NCBI GenBank assembly: GCA_904063045.1
Contig: CAJFCJ010000087.1
Coordinates: 1-46,380 of the forward strand
DNA from: Dimorphilus gyrociliatus
Lineage: Eukaryota > Animalia > Annelida
Length of the DNA: 46,380 bases
Direction: 5' to 3'
Made by a program: the position numbers and the translations under genes. The notes under the pieces are model-generated. The model worked only from the letters and a program-made list of their open reading frames with translations, ran no database searches and was not told the origin of the DNA. This document shows, in pieces, positions 25,332-36,389 of this stretch (position 1 is its first letter; each line of letters begins with the position of its first letter).

Positions 25332-26089
25332 CTAGAAAAAAATGACATTCAATCATTTGGTGCAATAGTAAAGAAAATTTTACAAAAAAGATATTTACTA
25401 TCGAAAAAAATAGGAAATAAAGATAAAAATATTGATGAATATACAGAATTTTATCCAAAATGGTTGAATTGATTGTGTTTAGTATCTATCTCATTTTCAT
25501 TTGTTCATATTTTATTTCTAATTAATGCAAATTTCAAATTTAGTCTATTTCACTGTTCTAGTTAATTTTTAAAACAAACGTGTGTGTCATTAATACGTAT
25601 ATTTCACACTATAGGTTCTGACAGAACTGTAAGCATGTTGTAAGGTTTGCACTAGAAATTAAAAAAATATAGAATAAATACCAAAATTCATCTTCAATGA
25701 CATTGTATATATCATTTGGTAATATTTTTTGATAAACCTACTTGACCTACATATTGTCCTATTTTATTATTTAAGTCTATTTTTTCTATTTTTAGTTTCT
25801 CTTCCGAAATCTGTTCTTCTTTCAACAATGGGATACATTTACTCCAAAAACTTTGTCATCTTATTGAATTTGAGAATTATCAGAAAAGCTTTGTGAGCAG
25901 GCAGTTCTTAAGATGGATTAAGAATAAAAATGACAAAGCCAATGATCAATTTGTAAACTTTAAGAATGACAGTTGTTAGTGTTCATTTTGACATTTATAG
26001 TCTAATTTGAGTTTTCTCGACAAACCTACTTACTAAAAACCTACGCAAGAGGATACAATGGGAATTGACCAAACATAGACCTTGCTTGG

Positions 26090-26280
26090 TTATACCTGAG
26101 GTTCGTCTTCAAATGCCATTTAAGGTTTTGCTAAAGTATGATTGATTGACTTGTCTATTTTTTCTTGGACTGCTTCCCAAAATCCCTTGGGACTCTTGAA
26201 ATGTGAGAATATGGTTTCCCTTTTTTGATCTGACAAAGGTTGGCAATAGTAAAACTGTTACATCCTTAACAAATATCTAA
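26090..26280 (-). mobile_element. Possible Tc1 C-terminal relic
   Basis: Weak match across frameshifts: TIANLCQIKK and KGFWEAVQEK*..QNL resemble PIENLW..K and LWEA.QEEW..NL. Confidence 0.3.
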
Positions 26281-26589
26281 ACACAAATCATAATGAGGTT
26301 AATACTGCTCAATACTTTTTCAATACTACTATTCCATAGCAGAATAAATGATATAAATGTATTGTGTACAGTTTTGAAGAGTAGTCAGCCTGTCTTTATA
26401 ACTAATTTAAAATAACTCTGATGGTACTGATTTCGATTTCAAATTTATTTTCAAAATTCCAAAAACAAATTGGTTTCAGTAAGAGGTTTACTAACAATTG
26501 TTATTTTAATCTAATCAAGAATTATTTGCTTTCTAGGCAAGTAGACATACATTGCCTCTGAGCATAGGCATAGCCTACCAAATACCTGC

Positions 26590-27350
26590 AGTTATTTCAA
26601 CAATCCAGTGTCTGTAAACAAAGTATAAATAGCATGATATTTATTTTAGCTATAGTAATAATTTTAAAATAGAAAAATCTATTTATAACGGAAACTACAA
26701 ATATTATAATTTCAAAAATCATAAATGAATAGACTAATGCAATATTTGATTCACTTCTACTATGAAGTTTGAAACAGATAGGAGAATAATTGAAATAATG
26801 CTGGAAAATTAAAAAAGCTCATTAAATTCAACACTATTTTGAATATTTTGGAAGACAGTGTTTACTTTAAAGAAATAGACTGGAAAAAATCTAAAGAAAA
26901 TACTTAAAATCATAACAAGAAATGATAAAGAATTAATAATCTTTCCAGAAAATATATGTTTCATTGGGCAAACAATTGCAAAATATATTTGATAGCTAAT
27001 AAGGAAAAGACTTCCGGTTAGTAATGAAAAGTTCATTATAATTCCAATAAATTTACACAATCTCCCAGAAGTTCATATGTCCTGCTGTTCAAAAAAGTTA
27101 CCTTTAAAATATGTATGTGCTGATGCAATTGCAATTAAATAGTTAGCTGTCAGAAGGTCAGAGAATGACATTAGAATATAAAATGTATTGTTTTGCTTCT
27201 TTATTGCTATAAAATAAAAGATTAATGAAATAACGTTGAGTGATGTTCCAATTAAACCAAAAAACCATAGAAATAGGCTTAAATATTTTGATGCTATCAA
27301 ATCAGAGCATGGATTAAAAATTGTAGGTAATGGTTCACAAAATTTCAATG
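26590..27350 (-). pseudogene. GRL101/RXFP-type GPCR pseudogene, hinge to TM5/6
   Basis: FCEPLPTIFNPCSDL (hinge), LWFFGLIGTSLNV (TM1), SDLLTANYLIAIASA (TM2), QDI*TSGRLCKFIG (TGA at the conserved Trp), 65-bp intron 26801-26865, YSPICFKL..ALVYSFMIFE (EL2-TM5). The frame fails near 26600 and the ectodomain is absent. Confidence 0.8.
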
Positions 27351-27669
27351 TTTATTGTACTTTGTTGTATTGTAATTGTAGGAATTTTTGCTTCTTCAGA
27401 ACAGTATTCGTCCTTTCCAATCGTTTATCAACTTACCAAAGTACTCACACCACATAAAACCTTTCAAGATTGCCATGTTTCCAATAGACATTGCCCCATG
27501 CTAATAAGTCTATTTTCATTGTTAATTTAATTATATAGAAAACTTTCATAACTCTTTTCAATAAACAATACATGATTCATTACAAAACTTTCCATTTCCA
27601 ATCTTTACAAATTCACCTGCAGCCTTTTTCAACTTGTCCCTCCAGCAGTTCACAAAACTGCCATATTCA

Positions 27670-27945
27670 TGTTAGTTTACCCTGTTCTTCATTTAGATTA
27701 TAAACACTGACATCAAGTTCTTTCAGTTTGTTTGAAGATGATTCCATTCCCTCAAATATATCGACAAATGATTTACCAATAGTTCTGTTACATGACAAGT
27801 TGATTTGGAGTATATCTGAACATTTTTTAAGCAATTTTCCCAAAGAATTACCCTGTTTTTCATGTAGATTACAATCACTGACATAAATATGTTCCACTGT
27901 ATTTGAGGATGATTCCAAACCCTCACATATTTCTTGACTTAATAT
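27670..27945 (-). pseudogene. RNI-type LRR fragment, about 3 repeats
   Basis: EICEGLESSSNTVEHIYVSDCNL..LGKLLKKCSDILQINLSCNR..DIFEG..SSNKLKELDVS, the same family as 17135-18823. Both ends are abrupt. Confidence 0.8.
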
Positions 27946-27949
27946 ACGA

Positions 27950-28440
27950 TTTGAAGAAAAACATATAACGAGAGATAGCATAGCTTGTTGTGGTTGCTTT
28001 CAGTAGCATGCATTGTCCATTAGTGGCACTATATCTAGTAGCTTTGCATTGACCATAATAATAACAAGCTCTTCGGCATTGGGTTGTAGTAAAGGAATTG
28101 TATGTTCTTAGAGCAGTCCCATGCAAAGCAGTGTTTCGATAAGTTGTAAAATATTCAACTGAAAATAAATACAATTTTAAAAATCTTCACAACTAGAAGC
28201 CAGTGTGAAAAATACCTCGAATTTTTGAATTTGTATATCTGATCAATAAAGCAATCCTTAATTATATATTACTCAACGTTCAATAAATTAATCTTACATT
28301 ATAGACATGGATACAGCATTTCAACAACATTGGTCACTAGTTGTTGAAGTGAACAAGTAGCATCTCATACTATACTTTACAGTGAATCCCTTACAAACCA
28401 ATGATGGCCAGCAAGAGGCTCTGCAACTTTCAAAACTCTT
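27950..28440 (-). pseudogene. Two PAN/Apple exons (gene fragment)
   Basis: SCRASCWPSLVCKGF....RCYLF (with an in-frame TGA) and, after an acceptor near 28160, YRNTALHG..L.TY...TQCRRAC...QCKATRY...GQCML. Confidence 0.7.
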
Positions 28441-28559
28441 CTAGTCAACACTTATTACTATTCTTTAGATTTTAACTCATTCATTTTTCATAAAATTTTC
28501 ATCCTTCTTTCTTTAACAATTTGGTATTTTTTTGACAGAAAATGAATACTTGAATTTAA

Positions 28560-28720
28560 CAGATAAACACAAATGTCTTTCTTTTCATCATTCATTGGCA
28601 GAGTCAAACCTTCCTATCTATGGATTTGGCCTAGTGATGAACATTGGCAAACTCAAGTGCTAATTTAGGGGTTTTTTTAACGGCAACTAGATATTGAAAT
28701 CCGAGTCGTAAGAAAGACTA
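28560..28720 (-). mobile_element. Tc1 relic (HTH end and first catalytic D)
   Basis: KKPL..ALEFANVHH*..RKV*..NDEK..F resembles KKPL..RLEFA..H..W..KV.WSDE.KF. Confidence 0.45.
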
Positions 28721-29791
28721 AAATGTAAAGGTATGAAGTTGCTGCATGAGCTTGATAAGACAGTAATATGAGGGTTCACAAAGACTGAACAAAAGATTTA
28801 AGCTGACTGCATGTTAGGTGGTTTTTATTAAACCTTTTGTTAATTTTATTTATCAGTATAATATTCACAAGTAGGCTTAACCTTTGAATTATCCATCATT
28901 AAGCAAATAAAACACATCTGTGAATTTTGCATGTTGCAAAGAATAAATTCCGAATAGCTAACTGTCAATTGTATAGAGAAATAAACATTAGTCTTTCTTT
29001 AACTATCTATGAACATTAATTTAGCTAAAGAGCTAAACCTAAAGAGTGTCAAAAGTTCACAATTGACAATTGTTGACTTTTGGACAGGTTCCAACTTCTC
29101 TATTTAATGGTTGAATTGAATGTTACCATAATTGTTACATCTTACAAAAAAGCTGGCCACCTAAATTTATCTGATCTAATTACTCAGGATGAATGAAACC
29201 AATTGAAGGCAGGACCATTCTTAGAACTTTCAATTGTGCTAAAATGCTACTTTCCATTGTTGAAACTTTGAAATTGTGATTTGTTCAACTCTTAGGAAAG
29301 TATATAAACCCTTAGAATTTAACAGTTGTTGGCTTAATTTTCTAACTGCTTCCTTAAAGATAATTTTCAAAGTGAAATAGAAATCAAGGGGAAAAATTTA
29401 CAAAAGCGTATCAATAATCAAAAATGTATTGTACTATTTGGATTGTTGGCTGATAGACCATCAATGAAGTCCATTGTTTAATGAATTGTTTTCAGGTTGC
29501 CAATTTAGTAGGTGGAAATGATGATACATTTTGCCACTAGAGTATCAGCTGTGAAATTGACCACTGTCAAGCAGTTCACATAAAAGTATTTGGGTCAACC
29601 AAGATTGCTACTAGTAATATTTGAAAAGCTACAAATTCCTTTCTCTTTCTGACAGAACAATATAAAAAATAAATGAATGAATAATTGCCATTACACTAAG
29701 GAATATATTTTGTAAATGACATCAAGGAATTTGTCACAAGATTAAGAGAAAATAAAATTTGTGCCAACTCTATCTAAATTCCAATTAGTCA

Positions 29792-32700
29792 TTAATTTAC
29801 ATAAAACAATTTGATCATATTTCTCATTGCACTTGTATGCCCAAATTCAAATATAAGATGACCAAATTCCTTTGAAATGTGTATTAATTTTCTCCAATCA
29901 TTATCAATCAGAGTTTCAACTATGCTGAATATCACTTTGCTTGATCTTTTTTCTGGCTGGTAGACAAAGCCCATTTTGTCATTAAAGGCCTCTACACTGG
30001 AAGTTTCTACAAGAGCTGTGGCCACATTTTTAAAATGATAGGAATCAGAAAATCTGTAATGGAATTGGTATCTATAATTGTATTTTATGTTTAATTCCAT
30101 AGTCCAATATGGTCCAAATGATGCTGTTATATTTCTCAAATCATTTTCAACAAAAGCTATTATATCGTCCGTCTTTTCTCCATTGGCTTTCATTTTACGA
30201 ATTTGTTCATATCCTTCTAAAACAGATTTCCAAATTTCTAGAAATCTAGTGAAATCATTATCTTTGTTTCCTTTACTGATTTTAATAATGTTATTAGCAA
30301 TTGTTCCATAGTAGAATGTGTCCAAAGTGCCAATATAACCGAAATAATTATCATAGAAGTCTTCTTCAGAAGATTCTAGCAAGATACATAAATATTCTGA
30401 AATCCATTTAGCTAAGTGTTCAGGAGAAATACTCCAATTCACTAGCTTTCTCATTATAGGAAGTACAGTGTTGGAGAGCATATTTTTATTCCTTTTCCAA
30501 AATTCCAGTACTTTTCCAATAAATTTATGTTTGCTTACATCACACTTTTTAACTGGAGTTTTTATGTAGTTCATTACACCGATTTCATCAAGATCCTTGT
30601 AGATTGCCAAGAGATCTTTAAATAGTTTAAGAGTTTCTTTCATATTAATAGACGCCCTGGCGTCCAGTATAAAATGTCTACATTTTTTAATTAACTGTTT
30701 TGATTCAGGATACTCTGACAGACCTACACTTGTGATGAAATGCTCATCACTTTCAACTCCTGAAAATATGGAAGATGGTTGATTATTCTTTTGTTTTTAA
30801 ATATGGATAAATAAAAGCCTAACCTCTAAACGAATTTGCCAATTTGTTGTTCATTAATTTTGTCATTTTGAAATTATAAATACCAAACTGGAAAAAAGGA
30901 TCAACATATCTTAACCAGTTTTCACCATAAGTATTTAATAAATCATCTAAGAATAGTCTAATTTCAGTTGATTCAATTTTTATAGGCCATTCCAAAAGAA
31001 CATTTGTTCTCTTTACAAACAAAATTAGTTTTTCACTAATTTCCATAGTTTTTGAATAGAAACTGGTAGAGTGAATATATGGAGTAATTAACATTTCATA
31101 ATATTCAATTAACAATCTTGAGGTTCTTATAAACATTGCCAATCTATTATTAAATTGTGATTTTACTTTAGATTTCAAAATATTGCAGGCACTTATCTTG
31201 AATCGTAAAGAATCTGACAAGATATCATTAAAAAATAAATAAGTAGATGGAGAGATTTCTCTCTTGAGTAACTTATGGTTTTCATGAAAAACCACAATAA
31301 ATTTATTCAGAATTTCTTCATGGATGCATTCAGGAAGATTGAATATACCATTCAAATAAAAATATTTAATTATTTCAAATCCTTTTTTATAAGATTCCAT
31401 CAATTTGTTAACTTCATCTTCTGATTGGTGTAATATTAAATTATGAGCATTAATAAGAATGGATTGCTTGTATAAATAATTATTATCAGAGTTGGTGGTG
31501 TTAAAATATTGAGCTGAATGGATAAAGGGATATGAAAACAATTAAATTTTGATATAATTATACCTGCTAGAGATTCAATAGCTCCTTTTGAATTGTCTTG
31601 CCATCTCCATGCAATTTTGACTCTTAGAAAATGATCAAATAATCTGTTATAATCGTTGTCATTCCACCATTGGTGACCATATTTCAAAGACATATGCTTT
31701 ATTAAAGCATTAAATTTCTTTATATATTCTAATTTTGTCAACACATTTTTATTAACAATATTTTGTCGAATATATCTTAACATTTCTTTCAACATTTCAA
31801 ATCCTTCTTCAAATTTTCCATCCTCCAGATAAGGTTTTAAATATTGGTATTCGTGTTTGATTGCGTAGGAGATTCTCTCACCAGGTATATTTGCATTTAT
31901 AATTTTACTCAATTTTTGACTTAATTCTGTCATTGTTTCAGCATTTAGAATTATACAGATAGCTTTTGTAAGTCTATCATGATCTTTAAGTATTTGAAAT
32001 TGGGGATTATTAGATAACTCCTCAAGTGTTCTTTCATAATTTTTTTTAGGCATGATATCAGGCAGATCATACTTAATCCAATTCATAGTTCGAGTTGCAG
32101 CATTTGAACATACTGTTGTTGAAATATCTGAACAAAGAAAAACAACGGGAAATTATAATATGAATAAAAGGTTTACTTAGTGTACACTTATGAACTATAG
32201 TTTATAGATATTTTATAAATGATACTATATGGTAGAAGTGTTGAAGTAGATGTTGAATCTAGGGTAGATGGTACCGAACTGCCAGAATCAACCCCTTTTA
32301 TAGGTAAAGGATAAGATGTTACATAACAAACATGTTGACAACAACAACAAGTGTTTATTTACATAAATATGATGTAAGAATTGACCCTTGACCGGTAACC
32401 TACACAAAGTTGTTGTTTACATCACTATTGCATAATATGATAACCCTTGACCCTGTTTGTTGTGAACAATCCTTATTTGGGGTTAGACCCTTGTTGTTGA
32501 CAGCCAAGGCATAAACAACTGATAAGGAATTGTATAACAGGAGGGCGTGGGCAGTAACAGGTACTCAGTCCTGAATCAACTCCCTTAGTGAACAGGTCTA
32601 GTATTACTTTAGAATACAGTTATATTATTCTTATGGTCTATATTCAGCCGTCATCAATTCTATATCTCTCTTCTAAGTGGCTTACTCCTGGTTCGGTTCT

Positions 32701-32824
32701 ATTTGGACCAGTACTTACCTACCTCAGCAGGAAAGTACACTTAGTGTTAACTATAATACAAACGTTTTGATGTTACTTGAAGAAGAGAAAGAGAAAGAAA
32801 ACTGATAAAACAGACCAATCTCAT
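29792..32824 (-). CDS. Secreted, predicted alpha-helical protein, 760 aa, divergent internal repeats, unknown family
   Basis: Exons 32824-32764, 32127-31564, 31513-30824 and 30759-29792 total 2283 nt, open. All three introns are phase 1 GT-AG. Signal peptide MRLVCFISFLSLSLLQVTS. This model unites three separate ORFs of the track. Confidence 0.85.
32181..32739. mobile_element. Solo-LTR-like element, copy A (559 bp), inside intron 1 of the 760-aa gene
   Basis: TGTAC...GTACA termini and a perfect 5-bp TSD CTTAG (32176-32180 and 32740-32744). Removing the element and one TSD shrinks the intron from 636 to 72 bp, a normal size here. Confidence 0.85.
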
Positions 32825-33339
32825 TTTTGCTGTATGCTCAACAAATGTTCAATTGAATAGTCAATATATAGGATGTATGTATATTATAAAATCATAGATA
32901 TTACTCTGTTTAAAATGATTATTTCATTTCATATCAAAGGATATTTTTTTAGTTAATACTTCAATTTTTATAAATTATTAATGGCTGGAAAATGAGGACA
33001 AACTAATTGTTTTCATTTAGCACTCTAGAGATAAAGGTCTAATATTTTCATATTATATTTAATAATACTTAAATATACAATTATTTATCTTTCAACAATT
33101 ACAGTTTTCCATATTATAATATCATTGGAAATTGCAGATAATGAGAATTGAATCTAGTTCAAGGACATCAACTATAGTATAGAAGATTAATTTTATCTGC
33201 TCAACTTTATTTAACTTATGACCTGGACAAATTTGTCACAATAGCAGTAGAATTTACCCTTTATCAACACTTTTTCTTCATTGATGTGCATTTAGATATA
33301 GTGATATATCAATATCAAGACTTTAGATATAAGGGTACA

Positions 33340-33500
33340 TTAGAAAGACTTATATTTTATAGGAATTAGACTGGTGCAACTATAGTAATACTTATATTTT
33401 GTAGGAATTATAGTGGTGGAACTTTAGGAAGACTTTTATTTCGTAGAGTTAGCTTTTAGTACTTTAGAAAAGAACTCTATTTCGTAAGAAATAGACTCTT
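33340..33500 (+). repeat. Four degenerate tandem repeats of about 42 bp
   Basis: Consensus ACTTTAGAAAGACTT.TATTT.GTAGGAATTA..GGTG.A. The paralogous segment at 35068 has only one unit. Confidence 0.65.
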
Positions 33501-34375
33501 TGACTGTAACAGATGGTGGCTACTTAGGAATTAACAAAGGAACAAAGAACATGGAAAAGATGCAGGTCAAACACCAGATGCTGATGAGGCAGGCCTGTTT
33601 GCAGTGGGACATGTTTGGCATGTGGCCCTAATCTTAGGATTATATTTTATATGTGTGATATAACAAGTCTTTCTTTATATTTTTGATACATGAGAATTAT
33701 GAGACTGTCAGATTTCAACTTTGTAATCCTTTGACCACTTGAGCCCAAGCTTTGGAAATGTATAAAAGGAAATGCATTTCCCCAGCTTGTCAGTTCAGTT
33801 CTTTAACTATTAACTGGTTGTTTAAACTTACTTGTTTAGAACTAGAAACTCATTTACTCAATACATATTCTTTAAACGAAATACTGGCATTTTGTTGATT
33901 AATTTCTACTGAAACTACATTTCTTACGACTACTTGTGGACGAATTTTGAAGGTTCTATTTGTGTGAGTACTTTGGTGCATTGATAAATGATTGGAAAGG
34001 ACGAATACTGTTCTGAAGAAGCAGAAATTCCTACAATTACAATACAACAAAGTACAATTGAAATTTGGGTAAATGATTGCCAGATACGATACATTCAATT
34101 CATTTATGAACATATAAAAAAGTGGGTTGAATATACTCATATCCATCTTATCTTCATTTACATTTCTCATACATTCTATAGTCATTTATAATGTTACCTC
34201 TTTCAATTTCATTTATTACCTTTTCACCATCAGTTATTTTGTAGAATTGTTCTGTAATGTCTCTCTATCTCTTCTATTTCCTGATCTTTTGGTCTTGTCA
34301 TTCGAAGGAGACACTATCTTTTTTCACAGTTCACACAACAGACATCCATTAATCTGAAAGGAAATAATTGTATGT

Positions 34376-34640
34376 TTACAATTGATCAGGTGAATTACAA
34401 TTCTCACAGATGGTACATTTCTGATTACATAAGAAACAAAAATTTCTCTTCTGTGTTCCCAGAACTGTGTGTTTGCAATTTTTACATTTTACTTTAACTT
34501 TGCCACAATGACTACAAAACAAACAAGCTACATTACAAAACAAGCCACAACCCATTAAATCCCATAAAAACCCAAACAATAAAGATAATACATATGTGTA
34601 CTATTCTGAAAGGGGATGCAGATTTCTCACAATACCTGCA
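34376..34640 (-). pseudogene. LITAF-like zinc-ribbon membrane-domain gene, frameshifted, with a Cys-rich extension
   Basis: LCRYCEK..RIV, then a frameshift, then TYVISLLFGFLWDLMGCGLFCNVACLFCSHCGKVKVKCKNCKHTVLGTQKR. This matches CxxC-hydrophobic-GC.C..C..C.NC...LG..KR of LITAF (which has HxCxxC). Confidence 0.45.
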
Positions 34641-35246
34641 AAGTGATGGCAATCAGAAATCAACAGTCACCTTTTTGAACCAAAACTGGAAATTTGTCAG
34701 GTTAGCTGACTTACTCCACCATTGAATAAAGAAAGATATTGAATATCAGCACTTGAAAATATAGCAGGCAATCAGTTCACTGGAACGGAATCAACTAAGA
34801 TAAGATAACATGGTAACTGTTGCAGAGAAAAATGTCATTGTACCTAATCTAACTGGAACTAAACAGTTTTTTTCATAATTTGTACTAGGAACCTGGGAAA
34901 ATGCAAAACATTTCTTTGAGCATCATAGTGTCAACAATTTGTATTATAGTTTTCTTGCAAACATCTTTTAACAAAAACAGTTTTCGATATTATATTGTAC
35001 TTTTTTGTATTGAAATTGTGCACTTAGAAACATCAACATAATAATATTTAGACTTAGATACTATATAACTTTAGAAAGGCTTTTATTTCGTAGGAAACAT
35101 ATTCTTTGACCAAAACAGATGTTGCATTATAGAATTAACAATGGAACAAACAATATAGAAAAAATGCATGTCAAACTTGTTACATCTTATTCAAAAACAG
35201 ATGCCAAAGAGGCAGGCTTGTTTTTGCAGTGACACATGTTAGCCAG

Positions 35247-35453
35247 GGGGCCAACAGAAAACGTCCCCAAGTGAGATTTTTGAAAGCAACATTTCGGATT
35301 GAAAAATGGTTAGGGTGAGTGAAGTACCCATTGATTTGTAGTTAGGGGGGTTCCTTCTAAGGGTCAGGGGTAATCAAAAAGGTTAGGGAGTGACAAGGGC
35401 TAGGTTAGGGTTAGGGTTAAATCATGCATTTGGGGACGTTTTCTGTCGTAACC
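35247..35453. mobile_element. 207-bp MITE with 9-bp TSD and internal telomere-like repeats
   Basis: TSD GTTAGCCAG (35238-35246 and 35454-35462). GG..CC ends. Perfect 17-bp subterminal inverted repeat ACAGAAAACGTCCCCAA (35254-35270 / 35430-35446). Internal GGTTAGGG units. The paralogous site near 33610 is empty. Confidence 0.9.
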
Positions 35454-36389
35454 GTTAGCCAGAAGTGATGCAAAAGTTTTTCATGTCTTTGTTATATGTG
35501 CATTGTGAGACTGTTACATTTCAACTTCTAATCTTTTGACCAAGTGAACCCAAGCTTTGGTAAATGTATAAAAGGAAATATATTTCCCCAGTTTGGCAGT
35601 TCAGTTCTTAACGGGTTAACTGGTTGTTTAAACTTGCTAATTTAGAATACTGTTCAGAAGAAGCAGAAATTCCTACAATAACAATACAACAAAGTACAGA
35701 AATTGTAGGAGTTTCTGGTTTATCACTGTAATCGTCATTTCCAATTATTTATTAATTTACCAAAGTACTCACACAAATAGAACCTTCAAAATTCGTCCAC
35801 AAATAGTCTAACAAATGTAATTTCGGTAGAAATGAATCCACAAAATGGCAGTATTTCGTCCAAAGAATATGTATTGAGTAACATAAGCTTCTTGTTCTAA
35901 ACAAGCTAGTTTAAACAACCAGCTGACGGTTAGAGAACTAAATGATCAACTGTTAATTTTGTAGGGTTTATATACTCTTTTAAAGGTCGATAGTTCACAA
36001 ATTTCAATTTTCACAAAAACAAAAGTAACATTTGAAGACAAAGAAAAGTTCTAAATATGGTCATGTTCTTATTTTTTTTATCTTCTAAATAATGGTTGAA
36101 TTTCGAAGGTTAAGGAGAATAACATGAATAGTGAATATAATCTAAACTTGGAATTTAAGCATAATTGATATTTAATTGAACTGCTTTTAGTTCAAAATCA
36201 TAACTTTATTGATCAATATATTGTAATAATAATGCTAGGTTGCAAATAGCAATATTCTTTTAATTTAATAGGTTTTATTGCCATGCATTGTATATGCTCC
36301 ACCCTACACAAAACTAGGTCAATACTGCTTATCTCTATCAGTGCTATCTGCATATACCAATACTGGTTCAATACTACTTATCTATTGTA

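Larger units (their letters stand above)
33445..35950. repeat. Rearranged segmental duplication
   Basis: 33445-33845 matches 35065-35645 (direct, with the MITE inserted). 34003-34057 matches 35645-35698 (direct). 33790-33995 matches 35735-35950 (inverted). Confidence 0.8.

Noticed and set aside
32588-32770. Matching ORFs MNRSSITLEYSYII at 32588 and 38658
   Set aside because: They reflect DNA similarity between the two LTR-like copies, start at GTG and have no coding signature.
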